Positions 13,320 to 23,611 of a DNA stretch of 64,000 nt are shown here, piece after piece. The translations under genes and the position numbers were made by a program. The DNA comes from Rubripirellula sp. (lineage in GTDB: Bacteria > Planctomycetota > Planctomycetia > Pirellulales > Pirellulaceae): positions 7,136,001 through 7,200,000 of the forward strand of contig OZ244207.1 in assembly GCA_965216875.1 (NCBI GenBank). The letters are read 5' to 3'. Below the pieces are notes generated by a model. That model did no database searches, was not told the DNA's origin, and saw nothing but the letters and a program-made list of their open reading frames with translations. Every line of letters starts with the position of its first letter. Positions within the stretch are counted from its first letter, which is position 1.

Positions 13320-14453
13320 ATGCACACTCAAATGTTCCGAACCCGATTTCTTCTACTGCTGGTTTTGACAGCGACCGCAACAACCAGTTCCCAATCCATC
13401 GCTGAAACATCGAATATGAAAATCGAATCCGCACCGTTTGGTAAGACCGCCGATGGCGACGAGGTGACTCGTTTCACGCTGATCAATTCCCATGGACACT
13501 CCGTCGCTCTGATGAATTGGGGAGCGACGTTGATGGACGTCCGTGTGCCTGATCGTGACGGCAATCTGGCGAACGTCAACCTCAGCTTCGATTCGCTCGA
13601 GCCCTACCTGGACGGGCATCCCTATTTCGGAAGCACCGTGGGACGCTTCTGCAATCGCATCGGCGAAGGCAAGTTTTCGATCGACGGCCAGGATTATCAG
13701 GTCACCGTCAACTTGGGCGACCATCACATCCATGGAGGTAAGGTTAACTTCACCTACCAATTTTGGAATGCCGAGAGTTATGAAACCGATGACACCGTGG
13801 GGGTTCGCTTCACGCTGACCAGCCCCGACGGCCAAGAGGGCTATCCAGGCACGGTCCAGGCAACCGTTGACTACAGTTGGAACGACAAGAGCGAGCTTCG
13901 AATCGCCTTCACCGCGACGACGGACAAGCCGACTCACGTCAATCTGACCAACCACAGTTATTGGAATCTCGGCGGAGCCGGTTCCGGATCGGCCATGGAT
14001 CACGTGGCCACGATCGCGGCAGATCAATCGCTGGATGTGGACGAGGACCTGATTCCGACCGGCAAATTGAATGACGTCGAGGGTACGGTGCTCGATTTTC
14101 GTCAGCCCACGGCACTCGGCCAACGCGTCGATCAACTTCCCGCAACCAAGGGGTATGATCACTGCTATGTGGTTCGCGGCGAAGCGGGGACCTTGCGCCA
14201 CGCCGCATTGGTGGTCGACCCAGACACCGGCCGGACCCTCGAAATTGAAACGACCCAGCCTGGAATGCAGCTCTATACGGCCAATCATCTTCCAGGAAAT
14301 GAACGCTCAGCCGGCGCGGGGCAACACGAAGCGTTCTGTTTGGAAACGCAACACTATCCCAACGCGCCGAATCGCGAATCGTTTCCAACCACTCTTCTGA
14401 GGCCAGGTGAGACGCTTGAGGAAGTAACCATTCACCGCTTCGGACTCAAATAG
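13320..14453 (+). CDS. galM: Aldose 1-epimerase (mutarotase) with N-terminal signal peptide
   Basis: YFGSTVGRFCNRI, HIHGG, NLTNHSYWNL, YDHCY, FCLETQHYPNAPN. Start uncertain (13320 or 13332). Confidence 0.93.
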   Translation: MHTQMFRTRFLLLLVLTATATTSSQSIAETSNMKIESAPFGKTADGDEVTRFTLINSHGHSVALMNWGATLMDVRVPDRDGNLANVNLSFDSLEPYLDGHPYFGSTVGRFCNRIGEGKFSIDGQDYQVTVNLGDHHIHGGKVNFTYQFWNAESYETDDTVGVRFTLTSPDGQEGYPGTVQATVDYSWNDKSELRIAFTATTDKPTHVNLTNHSYWNLGGAGSGSAMDHVATIAADQSLDVDEDLIPTGKLNDVEGTVLDFRQPTALGQRVDQLPATKGYDHCYVVRGEAGTLRHAALVVDPDTGRTLEIETTQPGMQLYTANHLPGNERSAGAGQHEAFCLETQHYPNAPNRESFPTTLLRPGETLEEVTIHRFGLK

Positions 14454-14492
14454 TCGATCGTTAAGGTGGAACCGAAGTCCCTCAATTGCGCA

Positions 14493-14785
14493 CAAGAGCA
14501 ATCTGGTTGTGGTTGTCCGCAACTGATGCGAATTGCTCTTGGCGTTGTGTTGCTGCATGCCCTAGAAAGCAAATTAGGGAAATTAATCGCCCTTGACGTG
14601 TTGACGGACAACATGAGCATGCGAGAAACCGATTGAGGGTAGTTAATTGGTTTCAAATTTGAGACGACGCTTCGGGGCAGATCGTTGCATCTCAAGCATT
14701 CGCATGTTCAGAGCCGAGTCCCCCAGGATCGGGTACGGATCCTGGGTAACTCGCACGTCGTCTCAAAGGCCATGTGCTGCATGGC
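14493..14785 (+). other. Highly structured non-coding segment (candidate ncRNA, structured 3' UTR or MITE)
   Basis: Stems at 14493-14541, 14625-14654, 14658-14767 (12-bp perfect closing stem with an internal hairpin at 14715-14753) and 14769-14785. Confidence 0.45.
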
Positions 14786-14801
14786 ATCTCTGGTTTGTAG
14801 A

Positions 14802-15313
14802 ACTACAAACTGCCAAACTCTCCTGGCAAAACATGAGCCGCAGAGCGATAGCTCGCGGTTTTTCGAAACGCGGAGAGGATGTAGGAACCGCACGCTATCG
14901 CGTTGCGGCTGATCGTTCGTAGTCCCGCCTTCAGGCGGAAGGCTTGAAGATTCCGGCTAAAGCTCGGTACTACAAACTGCCAAACTCTCCTGGGAAAAAC
15001 ATGAGCCGCAGAGCGATAGCTCGCGGTTTTTCGAAGCTCGGAGAAGATGTGGAAACCGCACGCTATCGCGTTGCGGCTGATCGTTCGTAGTCGCGCCTTC
15101 AGGCGGAGGGCGTGAAGATTCCGGCTAAAGCTCGGTACTACAAACTGCCCAACTCTTCTGGCAAAGACATGAACCGCAGAGCGATAGCTCGCGGTTTTTC
15201 GAAACGCGGAGAAGATGTAGAAACCGCACGCTATCGCGTTGCGGCTGATCGTTCGTAGTCCCGCCTTCAGGCGGAGGGCGTGAAGATTCCGGCGAAAGCT
15301 CGGTACTACAAAC
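14802..15313. repeat. Three tandem composite REP units of about 168 bp (BIME-like; family A hairpin plus GTAG family B hairpin)
   Basis: Units start at about 14811, 14978 and 15146; each has gagccgcagagcgatagc...gctatcgcgttgcggctga plus gttcgtagtcccgccttcaggcgga...ttccggctaaagctcggtactacaaac, with minor variation. Confidence 0.92.
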
Positions 15314-16716
15314 TAGGCAAGCACTTCGTTCACAACGTGCGCTGGTTCGACGCCGGTCAGGCGCATGTCCAAACCTTGGAACTTGAAACTGAAACGTTGG
15401 TGGTCGATTCCCAACAGGTGCAGCATCGTTGCATGGAAGTCATGAACCGAAACCACGTCTTCGACGGCGTTGTAACCGAGTTCATCGGTGGCACCATGAG
15501 TCACGCCACCTTTGATGCCACCGCCAGCCATCCAAAGCGAGAAGCCTTTGATATGGTGATCGCGACCAGGATTGTTGCCGCCACCTTGTGACATCGGCGT
15601 GCGTCCGAACTCGCCACTGAAAACGACGAGCGTGTCTTTCAACATCCCGCGTTGCTTCAAGTCCTTGACGAGCGCGGCGGTTGCTTGGTCGACAAGTTTT
15701 GCCGTGACGCCGACACCGTTCTTGACGCCACCGTGATGGTCCCAGCCGCGGTGATACAGCTGGATAAACCGAACGCCCCGCTCGGCCAACCGACGCGCGA
15801 GCAGGCAGTTGCTGGCGAACGAACCGTCGCCCGGTTTGGCTCCATACAGGTCGAGCGTTTCTTGGGATTCATCTGAAACGTCGACCAACTCGGGAACACT
15901 CGCCTGCATTTTGAACGCCAGTTCATATTGGGCGATTCCGGTTGCGATTTCGGGATTGTCGACCCAGCGATTGCGCAAGCGGTTCAAATCATTGACGGTG
16001 TTGATCACCTGTTGTTGGTCGTCGCGATCGACACCAGGCGGGTTGCCAACGTAAAGGACGGGATCGCCTTTGGAATGAAAATGGACGCCTTGGTATCGAC
16101 TTGGCAAAAAGCCGCTGTGCCATTGTCGCGACGCAATCGGCTGCGACTGGCCACCACCGACCGAAGTCAGCACGACGAAACCGGGCAAGTCCTGTGCTTC
16201 GCTGCCGAGGCCGTACTGAATCCACGATCCCATGCACGGACGTCCTGAGATCTGCGTGCCGCAGTTCATGAACGTGTGAGCGGGGTCATGGTTGATCTGT
16301 TTGGTTGTCATCGATCGAACGATCGCCATTTCGTCGGCGATGTCGCCAAGATGGGTGAACGCGTCGGAGATTTCTTGCCCCGATTCACCACGCGGCGTGA
16401 ACTTGAACTGTGGGCCAAGGCATTTCAGTTCTTTGCCTTGCAGCTGTGCGATCGGTTGCCCATCGGTGAACGAGTTGGGCATTGGCTTGCCGTCCATTTC
16501 GGCAAGCTTTGGTTTGTGGTCGAACGTTTCGAGGTGCGACGGTCCGCCAGCCATGCATAAAAAGATGACCCGTTTTGCCTTGGCGGGAAAATGCGGCTCG
16601 AGGTTTCCGAGGCTTTTCGATCCGTTTTGGTCAGCAAGGATTTGGCTGGCCAAGGCAAGCGAACCGATGCCAACGGCTTGACGATTGATAAAGGTGCGTC
16701 GATTGATTTGGAACAT
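15313..16716 (-). CDS. DUF1501 domain protein, Tat signal
   Basis: INRRTFI; AKRVIFLCMAGGPSHLETFDHKP; CLLARRLAERGVRFIQL; GEFGRTP; GRDHH. Confidence 0.93.
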   Translation of the reverse strand: MFQINRRTFINRQAVGIGSLALASQILADQNGSKSLGNLEPHFPAKAKRVIFLCMAGGPSHLETFDHKPKLAEMDGKPMPNSFTDGQPIAQLQGKELKCLGPQFKFTPRGESGQEISDAFTHLGDIADEMAIVRSMTTKQINHDPAHTFMNCGTQISGRPCMGSWIQYGLGSEAQDLPGFVVLTSVGGGQSQPIASRQWHSGFLPSRYQGVHFHSKGDPVLYVGNPPGVDRDDQQQVINTVNDLNRLRNRWVDNPEIATGIAQYELAFKMQASVPELVDVSDESQETLDLYGAKPGDGSFASNCLLARRLAERGVRFIQLYHRGWDHHGGVKNGVGVTAKLVDQATAALVKDLKQRGMLKDTLVVFSGEFGRTPMSQGGGNNPGRDHHIKGFSLWMAGGGIKGGVTHGATDELGYNAVEDVVSVHDFHATMLHLLGIDHQRFSFKFQGLDMRLTGVEPAHVVNEVLA

Positions 16717-16736
16717 AGTGTCGTATGATCAGTCGG

Positions 16737-19700
16737 TTAGAAACGCGAAGTGGTTTCGTAGAGGTTGATGATGGCTCGAGCGACTTGCGTCCAAGCGGCG
16801 AATTCGGCAGGGTCGCTGCGGTTGGCGTTTGATTCGGATGCACCGACTTTCAAGAGTTGGCCGGCGCGTTCCGAGCTTTGGTGGAAACGCTCGATTTGGT
16901 GTTGGTAGAGTTGTGCGAGCAGTTGAACTTCTTCGCTGCTCGGATCGCGCGAGACTGCTTTGCGGAACGCCCAGCGGATCTTTGCTTCGGTGTCCCCTTC
17001 GGCGGCCGCGATCTTGGCGGCGAAAACACGTGCGGCTTCAACGAAGGTTGGATCGTTCAGCAAGACGAGGGCTTGCTGCGGAATGTTCGAGCGCGCTCGC
17101 TGTGCCGTGCACTCTTCGCGGCTGGTCGCGTCAAAGGCGAGCATCGCGGGGTGCAAGAATGTTCGACACCAGAATGTGTACAAGCTGCGGCGATAAAGGT
17201 TGTCACCTTGATCGGCTTGCCACGAGCGTTTGGGGAAATTCAAGTGCTGCCAATAACCGGCGGGTTGGTACGGTTTGACGCTCTTGCCGCCCACCGAGCT
17301 GTCTTGCAAGAGACCTGCGATGGACAGCGCGGCGTCACGCACAAATTCAGCTTCCAAACGCCACCGACCTTGTCGGGCGTACAGCCGATTGCCGGGGTCT
17401 TGCGATCGGCTCTTGGCCGACCCAACTGAGGATTGAGCGTAGGTGTCGCTGGTGACCAACAATCGAACCATGTGTTTGACATCCCAGCCACTCTCTTGGA
17501 ATTCAACCGAGAGCCAATCGAGCAGTTGCGGGTGCGTCGGTGGCTGGCCTTGGCCGCCGATGTCGTCAAGGTTGCGCGAGAGTCCTTCGCCAAAGTAGAG
17601 CTTCCAAAGTCGGTTGACGAACGTTCGCGATGTGAGCGGGTTATCCGAACGCATGATCCACTTGGCCAAGTCGAGTCGATTGGCGCGGCGATCAGTGATT
17701 GCGTCATGCGGCAGGAATTCGGGCACGGCGGGATCGACCACGTCACCAGAATCGTCAAGCCAGTTGCCGCGAGGCAAAATGCGAGTCATCCGCGGCTCGG
17801 CAATCGTTTCGGTGACCAGCGTGGTTCTCGCCGAGCCTTCAATTTCCGCAATGCGTTTTTCGGCGGCGGCTAGCTTGTCTTTGTAGGGCTGAAGTTCAGG
17901 CGAGAATTGTTCGTAGTGGGCGCGGAGCGTCTTGGCCTGCTGGGCAGTGCGTTTCTCAGCAGGCGTCTTGAGCGCGGCGACGACGCTGTCAGGGATCGTT
18001 GCGGCGTCGAGGTTTGCACTTTCACGATCCGTGACGCCCAATCGGAAGCGACCGATCAAGTGTTGTTTGTGTACTGACGTATGATCGAGCTTGATGGTCA
18101 GCGTGCCACCTTTACTGCCAAAGTCGTGGGGAGTCTTCAAGCGGAAGACCGCGGAACGCTTTTCGGCTTTCTTGTGGTGGCCGTCGATTGCCCAGCCCGT
18201 CGTGCTGCTCTTGTCGAGGGTGTGGGCGATGGGCCAGCCAGCTTGTTCGTAGTTGGCGTCGGCCTTTGCGATCGATAGTGCCTTGTCACCGGCGCTGATC
18301 TTGACGTCGGTAAGGACGAAGTTGCCGTTGCCGCGTGAGAACCCCGTTCCCGGAAAGCCGGGCGTGCTAAAGGTTTCGAGCCGTACGGCGTTTACCTTGC
18401 CTTGGACGTCAAGCGAAACGGTATAGCTTCCTTTGTTCGGGTTACTGCCGGCGCTTTTGAGCGAGCCATCTGGTTGAGCTTCGAGTTTGACGCCGTCGGA
18501 GGCTTCCGTTTTGGATGGTTTGGGAGTTTGCCAAACCGAGCTTCCCGATTCGATGTCACGCAGGGCTTCGGATTCCCATTGCGTTTGGCCTTTAGCAACC
18601 GCTTGAGCAAGTTCTTGGTTGCTCGCGAGCAGCGCCGGCAAGCGAAGTGATTCGATGTCCGATTTCAGACTGGCGATCTCCGCAAGTTGCTGATCGGTGT
18701 ACATCTTCAAGTTCGGTTCACGCTTGCCGACGGCCCGTTCTTTGATGTCTGCAAAGAAGGCTGCGAGCGAGTAGAAATCTCGCATCGTGATCGGGTCGTA
18801 TTTGTGGTCGTGGCATTGGGCGCATCCGACCGTCATTCCCATCCATACCGCCGATACGTTTCGAACACGGTCGGCAGCATAGATTGCGATGTACTCTTTC
18901 GCCTGTGCCCCGCCCTCTTCGGTCGTTTGCAGCAAGCGGTTGTAGCCCGATGCCACTCTTTGCGTTTCGGTTGGCTCCGGCAGTAAGTCGCCGGCGAGCT
19001 GTTCGGTGGTGAATTGGTCGAACGGTTTGTTGTGGTTGAACGCATCGATCACATAGTCGCGATAGGCCGATACTTCCATGTACGTGTCGCTGTGATAGCC
19101 AATCGTGTCGGCATAACGAACGAGGTCCAGCCAATAGACTGCCATGCGTTCGCCGAATCGTTTGTCGTCAAGCAAGCGATTGACGAGCGAGAGGTAGGCC
19201 TCTTCGGATGAATCGTTGACAAAGGCCTCGATTTCTTGTGGCGTCGGTGGAACGCCGAGCAGGTCGAGGTAGAGTCGCCGGGCGAGTGTTGTTTTGTCGG
19301 CTCGGTCGGCGGGTTGAAGCCCTTGCTTTGCGAGCTTGGCTTGAATGAAGCAATCGATCGGTTGGAGTGATTCGGAATCACCAACGTCGGGAACCTCTGG
19401 GCGGGTCACAGGTCGAAAGGACCAGTGCTTTTCATAGATCGCGCCCTCGGCGATCCATTTTCGAATGACCTCGATTTCCTCGGCCGACATCGGTTTGTTG
19501 ATGTGCGGCGGAGGCATCTTTTCATGTTCGTCGTCCGATAGAATTCGCTCCATCACCAGAGAAGGCTCATCCGTTTCGCTCAGCAAAGCTTCGACGGTGG
19601 TCTCTTCACGCAGGTCAAACCTCAAGTCGGCTTCACGCGTGTGTTCATCTGGTCCGTGACATGCAAAACACTTGTCGGAAAGGATGGGACGAACGTCATC

Positions 19701-19793
19701 AACGAAGGAGACCGAAGCCTCATCGGCCTGTGCGACCATTGTCGCCTGAACAACCAAAAGGAAAGTACAGGCGAAGTGCACCAAACGAATCAT
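16737..19793 (-). CDS. Planctomycete cytochrome c (PSCyt1) + DUF1549 (PSCyt2) + DUF1553 (PSD1) protein
   Basis: VRPILSDKCFACHGPD; HWSFRP; WLDLVRYADT; CAQCHDHKYDP; NPLTSRTFVNRLW; PTHPQLLDWL; PQQALVLLND. Confidence 0.93.
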   Translation of the reverse strand: MIRLVHFACTFLLVVQATMVAQADEASVSFVDDVRPILSDKCFACHGPDEHTREADLRFDLREETTVEALLSETDEPSLVMERILSDDEHEKMPPPHINKPMSAEEIEVIRKWIAEGAIYEKHWSFRPVTRPEVPDVGDSESLQPIDCFIQAKLAKQGLQPADRADKTTLARRLYLDLLGVPPTPQEIEAFVNDSSEEAYLSLVNRLLDDKRFGERMAVYWLDLVRYADTIGYHSDTYMEVSAYRDYVIDAFNHNKPFDQFTTEQLAGDLLPEPTETQRVASGYNRLLQTTEEGGAQAKEYIAIYAADRVRNVSAVWMGMTVGCAQCHDHKYDPITMRDFYSLAAFFADIKERAVGKREPNLKMYTDQQLAEIASLKSDIESLRLPALLASNQELAQAVAKGQTQWESEALRDIESGSSVWQTPKPSKTEASDGVKLEAQPDGSLKSAGSNPNKGSYTVSLDVQGKVNAVRLETFSTPGFPGTGFSRGNGNFVLTDVKISAGDKALSIAKADANYEQAGWPIAHTLDKSSTTGWAIDGHHKKAEKRSAVFRLKTPHDFGSKGGTLTIKLDHTSVHKQHLIGRFRLGVTDRESANLDAATIPDSVVAALKTPAEKRTAQQAKTLRAHYEQFSPELQPYKDKLAAAEKRIAEIEGSARTTLVTETIAEPRMTRILPRGNWLDDSGDVVDPAVPEFLPHDAITDRRANRLDLAKWIMRSDNPLTSRTFVNRLWKLYFGEGLSRNLDDIGGQGQPPTHPQLLDWLSVEFQESGWDVKHMVRLLVTSDTYAQSSVGSAKSRSQDPGNRLYARQGRWRLEAEFVRDAALSIAGLLQDSSVGGKSVKPYQPAGYWQHLNFPKRSWQADQGDNLYRRSLYTFWCRTFLHPAMLAFDATSREECTAQRARSNIPQQALVLLNDPTFVEAARVFAAKIAAAEGDTEAKIRWAFRKAVSRDPSSEEVQLLAQLYQHQIERFHQSSERAGQLLKVGASESNANRSDPAEFAAWTQVARAIINLYETTSRF

Positions 19794-19846
19794 GTTTTGC
19801 GAAACGGATTGGGAGGGAGGGAGCGTAGAACGGTTGCTGAGGAACG

Positions 19847-21289
19847 TTATGCCAATTCAGGCACTTCGTATCCTTTGCGGTACTTGCGTTTCAAGAAACT
19901 GTTGGCCTTGTCGGCGCCGTCGCCAGTGAATTGTTGTGTCTTGGCATCAAGCGTTAACAGGTTGCTCAGGCGAATGTCGCTGTCTTGCAGTGACAAGCCG
20001 TGTGCGCCGAGATGTTTGCCCATTTCGCCGATCACCTTGGTCCACTGTTCGTTCGCGATCGTCATCGCATCCGCAATCGCGAATTGCTTACCCGATCGGT
20101 AAGCGACGTTGGCCAGGTTGCACCAGCCGGTCGAATCATTACCGACGACGACATCCGAGTTGAGCGATGATGCATCGCGGCTGCGCATGGCGTCGATGAA
20201 ATTCTTTTGATGCAAGCGGTTGCCGCCGTTTCCTTTGAACGAGCGAATCTTTTTGCCAGAAGCGTCAAAGGCAGCAGCACCACCCCGTTGGCCTTCCAAA
20301 CGTCCGCCTTCGCCGTAGGCGATGTAGCCGCTGCCCGGTCCAGGGTGTGGTGCGGCGCCGCGTGAGTTTGGCTTGTCAGTCAAGTTCGACAATCCGATCA
20401 CGACGGGGATCGACCCCGTGTCAAAGTATGCGAAGTGCACGTTGGGTGTTTGGCCAGCGTCACCCAAGGCAACGCGACCGCCGCCACCCAAGACGCGTTT
20501 TGGGAGAGCCACAGAGTCCTGGAAGACGTTGTTGCGAAGATCGTCGAGGACGTGAACGCCCCAGTTGCCCATTTCGCCTGAGCCGGTGTTCCAATCCCAG
20601 TGCCAATCGTAGTGCAGTTTGTCGCGGAAGATCGGTTCGTCTTGAGCAGGTCCGAGCCACAGGTCGTAGGCAACGTTCTTCTCGACTTTCAGCGGACTCG
20701 AACGGCGACCAATCGAAGGACGTGGTCCATAGCGGTTCACACGAGCCGATGTAATTTCGCCAATGCCCTTTTCTTCATGCAGAAACTTTTTGATCTCAGC
20801 TTGCATGGGGTCGGACCGTTGCTGGGTACCGACCTGACAGATGCGGCCGTACTTTTTGGCGGCGGCAACGGTTTGCAAGCCTTCCCATTGCGAATGCGAA
20901 AGTGGTTTTTCGACATAGACGTCTTTGCCTGCTTCCATTGCCCAGATTGCAGCAAGGCAGTGCCAGTGGTTGCAGGTCGCAATCACGACCGCGTCAATGC
21001 TTGGTGAAGCGATCAGCTCGCGAAGGTCGGTCCAGCCTTGAGCTTTGGGGAATCGTTTCTTGGCAGCTCCGAGACGGTTTTCGTCGGCATCGCACAGTCC
21101 CGCGATGTTCACGCCGTCGATTTCATTGAAGTAACCCATCAGTCCGCCCGCGCGTCCACCACAGCTGATGAAGCCAACGTTGATCTCGTCGTTGGCATTG
21201 GCGGCGAGCAACGATTTCGGTGCGATCGATGTGGTCAGGCCGACCGCTGCGGACGTTCCGATGAACTGACGACGTGAAAGAGTGCGCAT
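19847..21289 (-). CDS. Gfo/Idh/MocA family oxidoreductase, Tat signal
   Basis: LSRRQFI; DAVVIATCNHWH; GKDVYVEKP; QVGTQQRS; GEMGNWGVHVLD. Confidence 0.93.
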   Translation of the reverse strand: MRTLSRRQFIGTSAAVGLTTSIAPKSLLAANANDEINVGFISCGGRAGGLMGYFNEIDGVNIAGLCDADENRLGAAKKRFPKAQGWTDLRELIASPSIDAVVIATCNHWHCLAAIWAMEAGKDVYVEKPLSHSQWEGLQTVAAAKKYGRICQVGTQQRSDPMQAEIKKFLHEEKGIGEITSARVNRYGPRPSIGRRSSPLKVEKNVAYDLWLGPAQDEPIFRDKLHYDWHWDWNTGSGEMGNWGVHVLDDLRNNVFQDSVALPKRVLGGGGRVALGDAGQTPNVHFAYFDTGSIPVVIGLSNLTDKPNSRGAAPHPGPGSGYIAYGEGGRLEGQRGGAAAFDASGKKIRSFKGNGGNRLHQKNFIDAMRSRDASSLNSDVVVGNDSTGWCNLANVAYRSGKQFAIADAMTIANEQWTKVIGEMGKHLGAHGLSLQDSDIRLSNLLTLDAKTQQFTGDGADKANSFLKRKYRKGYEVPELA

Positions 21290-21647
21290 GGAATACCTCT
21301 TCAGGTGAATGGGCTTGGTCTTAGTAACCGTGGTGATGCTTGCAGCAAGCGTGGTGGCAGGAGCGGGACGGAGTGCCGATCAGGCAGATTGTCGTTGACT
21401 CACTGCTCAGTCGCGTTCGTGCATGGGGAAGCTGCCTTCCCCGCCGAATGTCCTCGCTGGATGCATGATATCCTAATCCAACGATCCGTCCGCGGCATCG
21501 ATTATGCTAACCCCTCCAAGTTCGATCTGAGAAGCGGCCAGAATCCACGTTTTTGTGATAAATCGGACGCAAAAAAACTTAGCGATCGAGCTTTCTCTCC
21601 CTGCCGGTCTCTCTCCCAAGCCACCACTCCCGCCATCGACCACCACC

Positions 21648-23417
21648 ATGAAACGGACTCTTTTTGCTGCCTTTTGCTGGGCGTTTACCTCGCTGTCGAT
21701 TGCATCGGTCGCAGCGGAAAGCCGCCCGAATGTCATCGTGATCCTGACCGACGATCAAGGTTGGGGCGATTTGAGCCTGCATGGAAACCCGAATCTCTCG
21801 ACGCCAAATATCGACTCGCTCGCCCGCGACGGGGCCCAGGTCGACCACTTTTACGTCTGTGCCGTCTGCTCGCCAACGCGCGCCGAGTTTTTGACGGGTC
21901 GCTACCACAGCCGAATGGGGGTCTACAGCACTTCGGCTGGCGGCGAACGATTCAACTCCGACGAACAAACGATTGCGGACGTGTTTCGTAGCGGTGGGTA
22001 CGCGACAGCGGCCTATGGCAAATGGCATAGCGGGATGCAGTTCCCCTATCACCCCAATGCGCGCGGGTTCGATGATTACTACGGCTTTTGTAGCGGCCAT
22101 TGGGGCAATTACTTTGACCCGATGCTGGAACGCAACGGAAAGATTGTGCAAGGCAAGGGATTCTTGGTCGATGATCTGACCAACAACGCGATGGAGTTTG
22201 TTTCACGACACAAGGACGAACCGTTTTTTGTTTACTTGCCGCTCAACACGCCCCACTCACCGATGCAGGTTCCCGACCCTTTCTGGGATCGGTTCAAGGA
22301 CAAAGAGATTGTTCCCGATCCAGCGCCCGAGAATGCCCGAAAACAAAACCTGACGCATACCCGCGCAGCGCTGGCGATGTGTGAGAACATCGACGCGAAC
22401 GTCGGGCGATTGCTCAACCATTTGGATCAGTTGGAAATCGCAGACCGGACCATTGTCGTCTACTTCTGTGACAATGGCCCAAATGGATCGCGATTTAACG
22501 GAGGATTGCGTGGTCGCAAGGGTTCGACTTACGAAGGTGGGCTTCGCTCGCCCTGTTTGATTCGCTATCCCGACAAGATCAAGGCTGGGCAACACGTCGA
22601 TCAGGTTGCGGGTGCGATCGACCTGCTGCCAACTTTAGCCGACTTTGCAGGAATTGATTTCGAATCTCGAAAAAGGCTTGATGGTGTTTCCATCGCGGGC
22701 CAGCTTCAAGGTGACGAAACGAAATTGAAGCAACGGTTATTGTTCAGCACATGGAATAACAAAGCGAGTGTTCGCAGCCAACGCTATCGAATGCATCACA
22801 CTGGCGAGCTTTTCGATATTCAAAGTGACCCGGGTGAACGTAAAGACGTGGCCAAAAGTCAGCCACAGGTCGCAAGCCGGATGAAATCGCGACTCGATGC
22901 GTTTCTGGCCCAGACGAAACCAAAATCCTCGCGAACCCGCCAGCATCGTCCGATCACACTCGCCCATCCCGACGCCGAATTCACGCAACTGCCGGCTCGC
23001 GATGCTCATGCCGGTGGCGGGATCAAACGAAGCAATCGGTTCCCGAACTGTACGTTCATGACGAACTGGACCTCCGAGGAGGACACAATCACTTGGGATG
23101 TGAGCGTACTGGGCGAAGGAGACTATGAGGTCGAAATGTACTACGCCTGTAAGGCGGAGAGTGTCGGCTCAGAGATTGAACTGAGTCTTGGATCGCAGAA
23201 ACTCGCCGCATCGATCGACACGGCCAACGATTCGCCATTGATTGGCGCTGGTGAAGATCGCTTTGAACGCGTGGAAGGCTACGTTCGTTCCTGGCAGCCA
23301 ATGACGCTCGGCACGATGCATCTTTCACCGGGCAAAAGCACTCTGACAATGAAGGCGACCAAAATCAACGGTGCGGAAGTGGTTGATATGCGGCTGTTGA
23401 TGTTCCGCAAACTCTAG
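21648..23417 (+). CDS. Arylsulfatase (S1, formylglycine-dependent) with C-terminal beta-sandwich
   Basis: Signal peptide MKRTLFAAF...; RPNVIVILTDDQGWGD; CSPTRAEFLTG; GKWH; DNG. Confidence 0.93.
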   Translation: MKRTLFAAFCWAFTSLSIASVAAESRPNVIVILTDDQGWGDLSLHGNPNLSTPNIDSLARDGAQVDHFYVCAVCSPTRAEFLTGRYHSRMGVYSTSAGGERFNSDEQTIADVFRSGGYATAAYGKWHSGMQFPYHPNARGFDDYYGFCSGHWGNYFDPMLERNGKIVQGKGFLVDDLTNNAMEFVSRHKDEPFFVYLPLNTPHSPMQVPDPFWDRFKDKEIVPDPAPENARKQNLTHTRAALAMCENIDANVGRLLNHLDQLEIADRTIVVYFCDNGPNGSRFNGGLRGRKGSTYEGGLRSPCLIRYPDKIKAGQHVDQVAGAIDLLPTLADFAGIDFESRKRLDGVSIAGQLQGDETKLKQRLLFSTWNNKASVRSQRYRMHHTGELFDIQSDPGERKDVAKSQPQVASRMKSRLDAFLAQTKPKSSRTRQHRPITLAHPDAEFTQLPARDAHAGGGIKRSNRFPNCTFMTNWTSEEDTITWDVSVLGEGDYEVEMYYACKAESVGSEIELSLGSQKLAASIDTANDSPLIGAGEDRFERVEGYVRSWQPMTLGTMHLSPGKSTLTMKATKINGAEVVDMRLLMFRKL

Positions 23418-23420
23418 ACG

Positions 23421-23611
23421 TTGTCGCCTTCTGCTCCGCAAAAGATGCGTTCGAACACGCTACTTTCGCGGAGCGAAAGGCGACTTTCAAGAAACCAAAC
23501 CGCGGAGCGAAAGGCGACTTTCAAAAGATGCATCAGCCGTAGAGCGATCGCTCGCGGTTTTCCAGCAGGAGAGACCGCGAGAGCACCGGACGCTATCGCG
23601 TGGCAGCTAAT
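23421..23611. repeat. REP cluster: one inverted and two direct copies of CGCGGAGCGAAAGGCGAC, plus a family A hairpin
   Basis: 23421-23444 (degenerate inverted copy), 23463-23490, 23501-23524; atcagccgtagagcgat...gctatcgcgtggcagctaat at 23532-23611. Confidence 0.8.

Noticed and set aside
14802..15313. CRISPR array
   Set aside because: Whole units of about 168 bp repeat with no unique spacers, the component palindromes recur singly elsewhere, and no cas genes are present.
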